From contig CM097884.1 of NCBI GenBank assembly GCA_044892505.1, forward strand, positions 69,750,158 through 69,814,000: DNA of 63,843 bases, read 5' to 3'. The position numbers and the translations under genes were made by a program. Below are positions 36,401 to 50,036 of the stretch, one piece after another. This DNA comes from Schmidtea nova (taxonomy: Eukaryota). The notes beneath the pieces are model-generated. The model was not told where the DNA came from and did no database searches. It was given only the letters and a program-made list of their open reading frames with translations. Numbering within the stretch: position 1 is the stretch's first letter; every line of letters starts with the position of its first letter.

Positions 36401-38519
36401 GGTGTGGTATTAAATATAGATAGTGTTAATGTGTGATATGGATGTATTAATTTGCAAAGATTGTTTTATGGATTATTTCCATTTTTAGATGGGGTAAGTA
36501 ATGAAATGACGGTCCTTAACTTAACAGTGATCCACCTAAACTACTTTCATCAGTAAAGCTCAAGGCCGGACTGACTTCAGAATGTATGGAAGATAAGAAA
36601 AGTTTATTTAGATATAATAATTATGTAATCAATAGTTCGGTAAAATATTAGGTGGCATGGTTTCATGTAACAGAGTTTAATAATGAAAGAATGAAAAAAA
36701 TATTTTTATAGTGATAAATAAGTTAGCATAAAATAAATCAATAATTAAAAACGGTATAAATTGAAATATATAAAATTTTTTGTAAATCGAAATAAGATGA
36801 GGTACGTATAAAATATAACATACAAAAGAAAATAAAATGCAATAAAATGACAAATAAAATAAAATAACCAGCATGTTTAGTGGGGCATGATCACCAACCA
36901 TGCGTTAAAATCATTAGATTTTCCTCAAATGTTAGGAGATTCTCGTTTTCAAAACGGCAATGGCTCTCGTTGGATTCTCTCAACAAGATACTGGAGTGTC
37001 AATGAATTGGTTTGGACTCGTGTAAGATAGATCCGTCTGTTTGGAATTGAGAGTGGGAGTTAAACTGATTTCGTTGTTGTTGTTTTATGTTGTTGTCTCG
37101 ACATCTCTGCTTTTGAGCCCTGTTCCAGATGCTTCAGGATCGATTTTGGTTTTCGAATTTCAGTGGTAAATCTTCTGATACGTAGGATTGACTCTTGAAA
37201 ATCTTTCAAGGTTCCACATAATAGATTTGAACCAGTTGGTAGTTAAGAATGTCTTCAAATCTTCCTAGTAAAAGTTTTTCGAGAAATATTTTTGCAAAAT
37301 TCTGGCGATTTTGATTTTGATAGCGGTGTTCTGTGTGTTGTTTTCATTGATGCAGTAAAACAAATTGTTCTAGAAGGAATTTTCGACTTTTCCAAAATTA
37401 ATTTTAACAATTTTAAGCGAAATTGAATTATTTTAATAAAATTTTAATAAAACTTTAAATAATTTATTTTTAATCCAAAATTTTACTTTTGAATTAAAGT
37501 ATTTCCTAATTTAGTTTAATTTGCTAAATTTTTAACTAAAACAATTTTCTTTCATATTTTATGAGTTTTTTAAGATAATAATCGAAATTTTCTTTCTAAA
37601 ATTATGTTAATTTTTCCTATTTTGTAATTTTATTGCATAAATTGATGTTTTCATGTTATTTTTGTGTTTTTCACGTGTATATTTGATGCGCTTTGTTCAT
37701 TTTAAATTGTTAAACGTGTTTTATTTAATTATTACAGTGTTTTGTGATTACTTTGTTTTACTTGGTGTTTTAGCTAATAGAATTTTTCTTCTTGTGCGCT
37801 CTCTACATGCTATGTTACCGCTTCATTCAAACAAATCTCAATTTTTGCCCAACATGTGTTTAAATAGGAGGGGCGCCGGAAATTATAGTTACGCCTTTGA
37901 TCACCCACTAAATAATATTAACTGTCAATTGAGAATGGAGATGCCTGATGTAACCACATAAATAACTCGCTTTATATATTTGCACATCCGTGTCTATCCA
38001 AATGATTATTATTCCAAAATATCTTAGTAAAAATTTTTATTGTTTTATTTCTTAAAGATTTTCTTGTGTATGTGTCACAAAAGAAATAACTCTTTCGTAG
38101 TTTTTGCGTAGATTTTCTAACTATACAAATTCTTATATAAATAAAGTGTCAGTGTCAGTGGAAGAACGTATAATATCTTTAACAGGCAATTAAGAACATT
38201 ATTTATTTTCCGAACTTCATTTTAATCAGTCAGTATTCTGAAAACCAAAATCGATTTTATTATATTTGATTAATTACCATCTCCGGATGGAATTAGAAAC
38301 TTTAACTGTATTTACATCTGTGGTGCCACAGTAATGTTATGAATTTCTCAGAACCCAACAAATAACAACGTTTATTTTATTATGATACAAATACACAATC
38401 AATCAGTATCAACAACTTTGAAAATTGAGTAAGTTTACCAAAGCTCAACTACTCAAGTAACCCTTGAATATGCTGATGCTTTGAAAGAAAACATTTATTT
38501 TTTATAAATATTTTTATAA

Positions 38520-38720
38520 TATTATTTCGACAATAACTTGTCCTTTTATTCATAATATGATTTCTCGGTTGATGCCTTTATGATTTTTAAGATGTTTCTC
38601 TAAGTTCAGACTTCTCCATAGTTTCTTCTGGTGCTTTTGTCTCCAATTTATGCAGTTGTGTTAATCCGAACGAATAATGGACTTTTCTCGACAATAACTG
38701 TTCCAATTCTGGATTAAACG
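38520..38720 (-). pseudogene. Possible Tc1-type transposase N-terminal remnant
   Basis: LIQNWNSYCREKSIIRS...QKKLWRSL resembles the paired-like HTH linker region. Confidence 0.3.
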
Positions 38721-39022
38721 ATCATCTCACAACAATGGCTCCAGAGGTCTAGAGAAAATTTAAAAAGCCTCTATTAAGCCTCAATTTGACAAGCCACTAC
38801 TGTGCCGGCATCACTCTGGATTATCAAAAATATTTTGTATAATTAATAAATTTGTTAATTAGTTTTGTTACTCACTCATACCTTCCCACCGTAAAATATT
38901 GATTTTGATTTTATTAATTTACAATTAGTTTTGCTTATAATTTAAATTTCGGGATTTTGGTGCTTTTCAGTTGATTCTTTACACTTAATTTTAATTTATA
39001 CATGTTAATGCAACCCCAAACT

Positions 39023-39070
39023 ATTGTACTGAAGAGAGCCACATAAGTTCGAAACGCGTTTGTCATCAGT
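39023..39070 (+). ncRNA. Type I minimal hammerhead ribozyme, degenerate stem I
   Basis: CTGAAGA-GAGC(CACATAA)GTTC-GAAA-CGCG-TT; palindromic stem III AACGCGTT. Confidence 0.7.
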
Positions 39071-39222
39071 AATCGCATTGAATATCACAATCAAACTTTA
39101 TATTTATCAGTCAGTATGCAAAAAGCCAAAACAATATGATTCTAAAATTTTAAATTTTAAATACAGGTTTATTCATAAATATATATATGTTATTCATAAC
39201 TATATATATGTTATTCATGATT

Positions 39223-39367
39223 NNNNNNNNNNNNNNNNNNNNNNNNNNNNNNNNNNNNNNNNNNNNNNNNNNNNNNNNNNNNNNNNNNNNNNNNNNNNNN
39301 NNNNNNNNNNNNNNNNNNNNNNNNNNNNNNNNNNNNNNNNNNNNNNNNNNNNNNNNNNNNNNNNNNN
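39223..39367. other. Assembly gap
   Basis: Run of N. Confidence 1.
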
Positions 39368-40589
39368 TGTACTCATTTACTGAGTTTTGTACTCTTTTTT
39401 CGCAAACCGTACTTTTTTCAAATCCTGTACTCTGAAAGTACTCATTTGTATTTCTAAAACATTTTTTTAGACTATTTTATTTCAATTTTATTAATTAAAT
39501 ATTTAAATTCTATCTCTCCAATATTTGTGTACGCTATCCCCAGGCTGATCTTTGATGTGCAATATGTACGGAATGCAATATGTAAAATTATTAAATTAAT
39601 TTAATTTAGTAAATTATTTAAAATATTAAAGTATTATCACTGGAGTCTTCAATTTTCATCGACTCTGATCTTTTTTTTCAATTTCATATATGTTCATTTT
39701 TAAAACAAAAGATCAAACCCTTTTCCTGCTCAACACGGTTTTCCAGCTTTTTCTTTCTTTAACACCTAAAAATGGCTTTGCCAAAAATTCTTACTGTATA
39801 AGATTAAATTATTAATTTATTAAGCTTCAATAATTATCATTAATTTTTAAAAAAAAATCGTCCCTCAATAATAAATGCACTACAGTTTGAAAATTGTCAA
39901 CTTTCTTTAAAGTATTTCTTTATATTTATAGACATTTAGCATTTTACTTTATATATCTATCATGTCATGTGCATAATTTCTAACACGAAAAGTGATTTTC
40001 TTTTTGAGCATTTTTATCTCTTTTTATTGTAAAATCTTTTTTTCTGTCTGATTAACTTCTAGCAACATTTACGATTGCTTTTATATGTTTTAAATTAAAT
40101 TATTGCGCGCTAACACTTGGGCGGTGCCATGATATACACACATTTTGTTAAAAATTAAAAATTAACTCTATCCGGTGGATTAAAAAATGAATCACTTAAA
40201 GAATAGGTGCGCATTGACAAATTTAATATCTTCTGAATTTATCCGCGCAAAACTTATACTGCGGGTGAGAAATATTTTGCACATGACGCATTAAACCTGA
40301 CAGCCGAGTACGTGGCGTCAACAAAAATTCAGTATAAATAAGATGCTGAAATCAATAATTGAATTTCGTTCTTACCAGTTAAGTTCACTAATTAGGCAGA
40401 ACGTTATGCAAAGTATTTTTAAATGATTATTTGAAAGACAACGTTTTGTTGAGGATAACTAAATAATTTGAATAAGTTGGGGAAAAACCGATTGGATGAT
40501 TGAGATAGCATTCTGAAACTTAGAAAAGAAGACGAAAAAGCAAAAAATGGAAAATTAGAATGGTAACAAAATAAATGAAATAATACAGA

Positions 40590-40790
40590 AGTAGGGGATG
40601 GTGAGCGGTCTTGCACAAGCCATTTATCCCTAAACTATATATATATATATAACATAATAATAATAATGTAGTTTACACCCCGAAAATTACATATTACTTT
40701 ATATATTACGTAAACATTACGGAAACACACCGTAAATTACGTAATCATGTCGTAATCATTTCATAATACTTTATGCTCCGTAACAATGCC
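40590..40790 (+). mobile_element. Isolated Polinton terminus inserted into a TGTTGAGG LTR-like repeat
   Basis: AGTAGGGGATGGTGAGC...CAAGCCATTTATCCCTAAACT matches the termini at 984 and 4841 and is followed by ATTACGTAA subterminal repeats. Confidence 0.75.
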
Positions 40791-41094
40791 GAAATATTTT
40801 ATATTCCACAATAATGCCATGACATTATAAAATTGTCATAATTATCTTTTTTCACCTTTGATCTTTTTTTATTATTATTATCAATAATTCTCATAATGAC
40901 TATAGATCAAAATTTTTTTTTTTTATAAACAATAACACAATATTTCGGCACAGCCTTTATCAAGTGTGTATTTCTATCGTTATATTTACTTAATCCTAAA
41001 TAGTAGCCTTAATTATTTTTTTAATATTTTATAATGATTTTATTGGATGAAAAAATTTTTATTTTATTTTAATTTTTTTGTGCGAATTGAATGT

Positions 41095-42640
41095 TGATGG
41101 ACGGTTTGTATTTTTTTATGAAAAAAGTCTCGGAAGCTAATCTTTGTAATGAATTTTTGAATCACTCTTGTAGGATCTGGCATTTTGTTTCTTCTATAGA
41201 TGGAGTTGTTTTATGTACTTTTTTCCCAGTGTTCGTAATAATTACTGGTTTTGATTTTAGTATGTTCATTAAGTCGGGTGCGAAAAGTTCTATGTGTTTC
41301 TCCTATGTAAGTAGCGTCACATTTTTGACAAGAAAGTATCCATTTTGGAGGAATCGTATTTTGAAGTTTTCTAATGTTTCTTGTATTTTGTTTGCGTCTG
41401 AACAGTTTCTTATGGCTCTTTTTCTTTCTCCTATTAGTAATGCGATTTTGCGTTGAAGTGGAACGTGGCTTTTCCATGGGAGGATATGACCGCTATGTAA
41501 ACCTTTAGAATATAGCTCGGTGTTTGCATTTAGTGTATCTTGGCCTTTTGTGAAACTTACCATGGTATCTAAAAACGGTATTTTACCTTCTGTGTTCGGT
41601 GTTTCAAAAGTAAATTGTATGTTGGTGTTAGTAGAATTTGCGTGTGATAGGATTTGATTGAGAGGGATTGTGGAGACTATGAAGATGTCGTCGATGTATC
41701 GTTTCCAGAAAAGTATTTTGTCCCCAAAAAAAGATATGATCTTAGATTCTATAAAGTTCATGTAGAAGATGGCTAAGATGGGAGAAAGGTTATTACCCAT
41801 GGCTAATCCATGAATTTGTTTGAATGGTTTTTCTTTAATTATGACAGTATCTGAATTTATTGCTAATTTTAGAAGTTCTATAAAGTTTTGTTTAGTTAAG
41901 TCTGCGAGGTCAGTATTGGCTTTATGAGTTTCAAAGAAAGAAGCTGCGATATCGAAAATGTTATTCTCTCCGTGAAGAGGAATAGATCCGTAAAGATTGG
42001 AAACGTCAAGAGATCCCCAGAAGTACTGTTGTCCTGAGTTTAACGGAAGAGACGTATTTGTAATTTCGGAGACGAATTCAGTTGTGTTTTTAAGATGAGA
42101 AGGAACCAAAGGCAAAAGTGTTTTTAGAATTTCTGAAAGAACTTTAGAAAGTGTTGTGGAAGGAGTGTCAACTGCAGATACAAGAGGTCTACCTTTTAAA
42201 GGACTTTTGTGATCTTTAGGTAACATAGTCATATTACTAGGTAAAGGCTCACTGCAGTTGCATTTTAAAAGTAAATCTTTGATTTGAAGGTTAATTTGTT
42301 TATTTGCAAGTGTTGAAAGTTTCTTATTGTATAAAATCTGAGTCGATGCAGGTAAGATTATTTTGTTTATCGGTTCATAGTTCGAGAGATGTTCTTCAAA
42401 TAGAGTATTGTATTGTTCTGTGTCAAGAGCAATTAGTCGATTTGTTTTATCTGATGGAAGAATTGTGAAGTCTTTGGAATTCTTAATTTTCTTTATGTTT
42501 GAAGTGAAAGAATTTTGTGTTGAGCAATGTTTTTCAAGAAAGATAATTTGTTCTCTGACTAAAGTTTTGTCACCGGTCACCCACCACAACGACTGGCATG
42601 TTTCAATAAATAAAGGGTGAAAACGGAACCCACTCATCAT
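41095..42640 (-). mobile_element. Penelope-like element (RT + GIY-YIG endonuclease), frameshifted
   Basis: LPKDHK..GRPLVS, SLDVSNLYGSIP, GLAMGNNLSP, RYIDDIF, IPFLD in ORF 41303-42640; CQKCDATYIGETHR...RLNEH in ORF 41211-41477. Confidence 0.93.
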
Positions 42641-42937
42641 AATATATTTTTAAATAAAACACAAATAAAATTTTTATTTTCTTTTGCTATAAAGCCTCTG
42701 ATTTTATCTAACATTAATGAATAATTTAATTTTCAAATTAATTACCATTTCCAGAGGTTTTGCCCAGGCCTTTGAAATAATTATCTAAAAAAAAGTTTAA
42801 ATTAATAATAAATATCAAATTTGTTTTAATTAAGTGAAATGCGTATATTTAAAAATAATAAAACTTTTTCCTAAATAAACTATTAAATAAAAATGGCAAT
42901 TTATTCATATAAATAAGAGAACACCATTTTTTAAATA

Positions 42938-42986
42938 TATTAATGCAATATATTTCAACAGCTTAGCTGTCATCATCAGGCTTCCC
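42938..42986 (-). ncRNA. Hammerhead ribozyme in the 3' end (pLTR) of the Penelope element at 43.1-44.3 kb
   Basis: GGAAGC-CTGATGA-T-GACAGC(TAA)GCTGTT-GAAA-TATA-TT-GCATT; palindromic stem III, extra U after A9, imperfect stem I. Confidence 0.65.
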
Positions 42987-43129
42987 ACAATCTCAATAAA
43001 ATAAAAATTGATCTTATTTATACGCTTATTAGTGATTACATAATTATATGTGTATAATCCAATAAAACTTTTATTTACCCTAGTAAAATTAATTAAACAC
43101 TCTCAAAATGCATGTAGATATTGCATTTT

Positions 43130-44330
43130 GTATATTTATTTTTGAATTAAATGATTTTATCATCAAATCCTCACAATTCACACGTTCATAATAATTTTTA
43201 AAACCCCTAGAAAGTATTTTGAAATTAAAAATATCAATGCTCTTCTTGCAAGTCTAATGCTCAATAATGTTACTCTTTCCGCTCTTTCTGTCATGTTCTT
43301 GAACTCGTGTATAGAGATGACGGACAGTCTCTCGAATGTATGTGGCATTACACCCATTACAAGTAAAACGATGTACAAGATCAGAACACAGACCAAATGG
43401 CGTCACAGATTTATTACTGAACATGTCCCAAACTTTGCAAGACTTAGAAATTATTTTAACATTAGTATTTCCAATATATTTTATAATAGATTTTTTTAAA
43501 TTTACAAATCCCTCAGAAAACGGTAAAACTATAACAGAACAAATGCAATCATTCAAGTTACTTTTATTTATTTCATTATTATTATTACAATCAACACCAT
43601 CATTCATTCCCATAACAACATCACCTGTTTCAATCAAAGGAGCACTATCAGAGGTATTGAACGGATCAACACCATGAAAAATTTTTTCATCAATCACATT
43701 CAACTTATTAATACACTTATCAACAGTTTCAATCACCATTCGTTGCAAGATACATTTTGAATATCCATTATTCTGTAGTAATTTAAGTAATTTAACAATA
43801 CTATTTATAGATTTACAATAAGTTGACGGCAATGTCCAAGAACGATAAACCAATCCCCTTATCATATTTCTTTTATATTTAAAATCACAAAAGCTTTCCG
43901 GTGATGTATACAAACCAGTATCTGTTGTTTTCCTATAAATTTCCGTTTCAAAATGTTTCTCTTTCTTTTCAATCAACAAATCAAGAAATGATATTTTAGA
44001 ATTAATTTCTTCTTCAAAAGTAAATTTAATATTTTTATGCAAATTATTTATATAATACAAAAAAACTCAACATGTTCTTTATTATTAAATACAAGAAAAA
44101 TATCATCAACATAACGTTTATATACTAAGAGTTTATTCATACTACAATATATAAATTTATTTTCTAAACTTGACATAAAAATATATGCCAGTGTAGGAGC
44201 TAAAGGTGAACCCATGGCAACACCATCAATTTGCTTATACCATTGATTATTAAAGATAAAATGGACATTAGAAGTAGCAAATGTCAAAAGTTTACGAAAA
44301 GCAACAACATCAATAATATTATGAAGTGAA
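43130..44330 (-). mobile_element. 5'-truncated Penelope-like element of a second family
   Basis: YKQIDGVAMGSPLAP, RYVDDIF, ISFLDLLI, YRKTTDT; FTCNGCNATYIRETVRHLYTRVQEH (GIY-YIG). Confidence 0.92.
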
Positions 44331-45181
44331 GTGTTACTAAAAAACTATTGTTAATTTACTAAATAAAATTTAAATTATCAAAACTAAAAGTAATTTGTTT
44401 TAATTAATAATTTTCCTATTAGTGTGAAAATTTAAAATGTTATAAAATAGTCAATTTAAAATTATCACAAAGTTTAATTATTATTAAATTTACTAATTAA
44501 ATTTGTTGGTATTAATAGTTTTCTTTAAAATGCAAAAAAAAATTAAAAAATTATACTAAAATTATCTAAAATATCACATGTTATTTGTTTTGATAAATTG
44601 ACTTGAATTAAAAATACTTACAAAAATTGATTAATTAACTTAAATTGAATTACTTTTCCAAAAAATTGCTTCGATATAATTCTTTTTAAAAATAATTACT
44701 TTAATTAGATTTATGTCAGTCTTTATTTAGAAAATTAATTACTTAGCAAATATTATAAAAATATACTTACCTAACCAACATAACCAATTTTGACTTATTT
44801 TTTCTCCATATATTAAAAAACCTAAATAATCAAAATGAAAAGTATATTTATAAATTAAAAATAAACTTACATATATCCAATTTCATTTCATTTAAAAATA
44901 AATATCTAAAGGAAAAGTTAATTAATTATTAAAAATTATACAGTTTCTTACTTTCTATTTTGAATATTATCTAAAATAAAATAATTAATTTGAAATAATA
45001 AAACAAAAAAACTTACTTGATTAATTTAAAATTTTATTTTTAATAGGTTTTTACTTAAAATTTGCATTTAACTAAATTAAACTTATAAATTAATGTAAAC
45101 TATAATTTGTAATATAACTTTGAAAATTTAATTTAATTTATAATTTGTGATATAACTTTGAAAATTTTATTTAATCTATAA

Positions 45182-45846
45182 CAGGGGTGGCTGCCAAATT
45201 TTGAACAACCGACTCGCTATTATTTCAAAAAAAACGGTAAATGCGTACATTGTCTTCATTTATTTTTGTACAGTATAAAATATATATATATATATATATA
45301 ACAAAACATTTATTGCACAAAATAACTAAATAAAATATTTATTGCACAAAAAAACTGATAAATTCCAAATTTAACATACTATGCTATGTATATGCCTAAT
45401 TAATTAATTAATTAATGTAGAGTCTATATGCCTTGTTACCTTAGCAATAAGACTAATTAATTGTATTTTGTATTGTCAATTCAGTAAACAAAGTAAGTTT
45501 TCATAGTAATTTACAAATTATAAAAATAATAAAGTTGCAACAAGTAACGAAGGAAATAATAAAGCGGGCGATAACATGTGCAGTGTGCCGACTTGTAACT
45601 CACTCACAAGCAAGATCGAAGCACTTCGTATTTTACGTACGCACATGATGTGTGTATTGTGTTGCGCACATGATATGTTTGCGAGTGTGTGGCACATCTG
45701 CGCGATGTGCATATTTTGCATAAACATACTATTAAAATGGCTTATTTTTGGTTTTAGGGTTTATTTACCAAGTGGCTCGCCGAGTTTCAAAAATTTTAAC
45801 AACCGGCTCGCGTGAGCCGTACCGAGCTGGCTCCAGCTCACCCCTG
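45182..45846. mobile_element. Non-autonomous hAT element
   Basis: CAGGGGTG...CACCCCTG termini, GGCTCGC subterminal motifs, exact 8-bp TSD ATCTATAA. Confidence 0.88.
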
Positions 45847-47461
45847 ATCTATAATTTGTAATATAACTTTGAAAATTTTTATTTAATAATTTGTAAACTA
45901 ACTTATATTAAGATTTTATTTTAGAGTTTGTAATAAATTTTATTTTAACTTTAGATTTAATTTTCAATTTAGTTGAATTGTGAGTCATGTGAGTCATGTG
46001 TTCAATAGTGAGTCATGTGTGAATTATTCACGATATGCATTTGTTGAGTTGCATACTTATGTGAGTCACTTCATGTTTGTTGTACGCGCATTGCATGGAA
46101 ATTGCTTTACAAATATCCCGAAATTTTAAAATTAAACACTTAAATATTTTAATAAAAACTTTAATAAAAAGAAACACAAATATACCGATTTATTAATAAT
46201 TCACAATAGATGTGAAATGATATTTTCTCAACTCCTTTCTCAAAATGATAAGTCGTCAACAGATCTATGCATTTTTTCCATCGGTATGTTCATCGGTACA
46301 GTACTGCCGGAAGTTACTTGTCAATCGTCTTTAAAAGATTCATTAAAATAAAATTCAGATCAATCCCAGTTGACATCCATATTCAAAATGATATAATTTC
46401 TGGATACCAATATATAACAAATCTTTTAATTGATAGAAAACCTGTCTTGGATATTAAAATGTTCATCAGTTTTTTCTAAAAATCAAATTTAAAATGAAAA
46501 TAATTAAAATTTGTCATTTGATGTTATATTTGACATTAAATAAAAAACAAATGGTATTGTATTGTGCCAAAAACAATACAAATGGGTTTTTAATCACCAA
46601 GATTCTGCTACTAGGGTTCTGGTACTCATTAACTTTGTTAGTCAGAAAAACCAATTACATCTGTTAAAGAAAATCAGAGTAAACACTGTCTTATTTGGTA
46701 TGTGTTAAAATGATAGTTTACTGGGTAACATGGACATTTCTAGCAAGGTAGCATTTTTATCATGGCCATTATCAAATATACTGAAATTCATATGATCATA
46801 CATTGATTTGAAAATAAGATTTTAAGCTCAAGGTTTAAAATATCATTTTATAGTACAAAATTATCAATTTTCTTTTAGAAACAGAATATTTGTTAATAAA
46901 AATATGTTCAAGTGGAAAGACTTTGGGCTCAAAAACCGTCGCAAAATGGTTCTGTTACCAAAGTTCTGTCACTATGATAAATAAATGACGAAAAGCATCA
47001 CACGAAAACATACACACACTAAATATTCTTACACTAGTACAAACACGCACACAAAATATAGAAATTTATGATAAACACACAAAATATCATCACATTAAAA
47101 TGCAAAACACACATGAAATATCATTAAATACATGAAATACACACAAAGAATATCATCACATACATAGAAAATCATCACACACACATACAAAATATAATCA
47201 CAAAATGTCATCATACTATTGTGTAATAACACATAAAATATATCAAAAATCATCAAAAATATACAAAATATCAAAGTCACATAAAAATCATCAAAGATAC
47301 AAACAAAATATCAAGAATACATAAAGCTTTGTGTTGTGTTTGTGTGTATAATTAATTTTTTCTTACACATTGTCTATCACATAATAAATCTTTTAAACTA
47401 CGTAAAATCAAATTTTAACATCAACGTAAGTTTTCATTTGCTATTGGTAATTTTTAACTTA

Positions 47462-48060
47462 CAGGGTGTTCGGGATAAATTTGACAATTTCGTAAGTAAA
47501 AAGGAAATCTTCTTTGTAACTACTAAATTTAATGAATTGAAAAAAATAACAGGTACAGAAATTACAATACTATCAACAAGTTTCACTCAAAATAACCACC
47601 ATTAGCATCGATCACAGCTTCAATCCTGCTTCGGAACCTGGAACAAGCTGATGCTACAGTCTCCCGGCGAAGGGCCTCAAAAACATTCTTAATTTTATCC
47701 ATTAACTGGGCTTTTGTATTACTGGCACAACAATTGGTGTCTTTTACAACTGCGCATCATTCAAAATAATCCATAGGGTTAAGGTCTTGGGAGTAAGGAG
47801 GCCAAACATTTGGACTGGTGAAGTCGTAAATATTTTCAGACAACCATTTTTGACTTTTCCCAGAGGTGTGGCAAGGGGCCGAATCTTACTGCCATACATA
47901 CGGCCTACTATTGACTATTTTTGTTATCCAGGGCTTGACTATAGTGTTTAGCAACTTCACGTAGCCATCTGAATTCAACCTGAGGCCCTCTCTGAAAAAA
48001 TGCGGAGGCATTACATCGCCCTCAGAGGACACACATTCGAAAACCATCACAGTTTGGGGA
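47462..48060 (-). mobile_element. Truncated maT/DD37D (Tc1-mariner) element, 3' half
   Basis: TA|CAGGGTGTTC terminus; VMVFECVSSEG...WQ*DSAPCH...WPPYSQDLNPMDY with 37 residues between D2 and D3; stop at 47583-47585. Confidence 0.85.
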
Positions 48061-48776
48061 AATTATATTATAAAACCTTTATTGTACGAAACCAGAAAAG
48101 AAAGGATTGTGATCCGATGGACTTTAACTACAGCATTTATTTTATTTCCAAAGTTGTTTTATTATTTTGAAATTTTATTTGATAACAATTCGGTTAGTAC
48201 TTTTTAAATAATTTTAATTTCAAATATATTTTTTCTTTTCTTTTACGTATTTAGGATCCTGTCTTCAAATTTCTACTATTTAATAATTATATTATTATAT
48301 TTCTTTTTAATTTGTTCCCAAAAAAAGAAAATAAGTAGCAAATTACTTCTTTTAATATTTATATTTGATTATTAAATTATTTTATTTGTTAAATAAAATT
48401 TAAAGTTGATACTTGAAATTTTATTTAATTTTAGAAACTTTACTTTTTATTAAATTTTAATTAATTAATGTTATAACCTAAGCATTCAAAAGAAAAAAAC
48501 ATAAATGGTTTTAAAATGAAGTTAAATTAGGAAATTTTATTATTTATTTTCTATTATTAAATTTTTTAATCTTATTTAACCTTTGGTCTGTTATTTACGA
48601 TTTCGTTTATTTTTATTCTTTTAGACTAGAGATCAATATTTTTTTGATTTATAATAGATTTTTTATATTGCTTTTTTCAAGTTTTCAAGTGTCTAGTGAA
48701 TATATTTCTACAGGACTAAATTTAAAATTTTTCAAATATTTGTTTTAAAAATTATAAATTATTTGTATTTTTAGAA

Positions 48777-50036
48777 ATGGAGAAAATCCTTAATCAAATC
48801 CAAAAAACATCCTTAAAACATAATAGTATTATATTTTAATTTTAATTTTATTTAAATAAATATAATTAAGATGGTTATCTCGAACTATTGATAGATGAAT
48901 TTCAGATAAAGCTTAAAAATTCCATTCAGTCCAAAGAAAACGAATTAGAAGAATTAAAACAAACAAATAAATATTTAAAATCACAGTAAAACATTAGTGA
49001 ATAATATTTATAAATTATTTATTAAGAATAAATTTAGATGATCATCCAGCTAAATATAAATCATTTATGAATGAGAAAAATTTTTCAAATGAAATTCACA
49101 GTGAAATTTGCCAAGATTACACCAAATTCAGGAATACCAATGGTAAAATATCGAATGAAAAAAATAAAACGTTAAAAAATGTATTAGAAAATGCCGACAA
49201 AATTTCTAAAAATTTTAAATATCGAACGGAAAAACCGAATTTCAAAAATATAAATTCTGATAATAAATATAATTTTAAAACAGCAATAAGCAATTTAAAA
49301 GCTCAACAGTTGAATTTACATAATGAAAAAGTCAAAGAATTTTCATCAAGTAATTTTTCATTATTTTTTCAAAATTAATAATTATTTAAATTAATAAATC
49401 ATATTTTTTAAATAATATATTTTAATTAAAGATTCATTGGAAACAAAAGTTAAAAAATCTATATCAAAAGACCAATCAAATCGTAGGGAAAGTCAAAGAA
49501 AATTATCCAATAAAACTGAAGCAAAAGTTGTTGTAAAAATAAAAGTTTACTAATTTTGAATTTTGTCTTTTTATATAAAATTTTAATATTTTGATTTATT
49601 TTATTTTACAATTTAATTTAAATTTTTCAGTATATTTTATTTTAAACTTCTGTGTATTTTAAAATTTTTTCTTATATTATTTTTAATTAAAATTTAAAAA
49701 TAAAATTTTATAATTATTAATTTAATTATTAAATTGTTTGAAAAATATTAAATTTTGACTATGTTCAACGATTATTATGAAGGGGAACAATTGACAACTA
49801 GCGGATTAATGCACTGCTTTAAAAAAATATACAGAGAAGCGTCATTAATTAAAGGTTATATATATTTTTTGAAAATCAATCTATTTTTTTATAGAAAGTC
49901 TAATTTTTTAGACATGGAACTCCTCAATTTATTAGACAACTATAAAGTATTACTACAAGAAAAAATAAATCATTATGATTATGAGACTGAAAAGTTAGAG
50001 AAAGAAAATTACATTTTAGAAAAAAGGTTTGATTAA
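48777..50036 (+). CDS. Multi-exon K/N-rich coiled-coil protein (about 6 exons), unknown family
   Basis: First four exons join in frame over short GT-AG introns: MEKILNQIQKTSLKHN|NGYLELLIDEFQIKLKNSIQSKENELEELKQ..|..NSLETKVKK..; later exons ending DMELLNLLDNYK...LEKRFD* were not phase-checked. Confidence 0.6.

Noticed and set aside
47040-47330. CA-rich degenerate repeat with an apparent hydrophobic ORF
   Set aside because: Low-complexity tandem decay with no coding signal.
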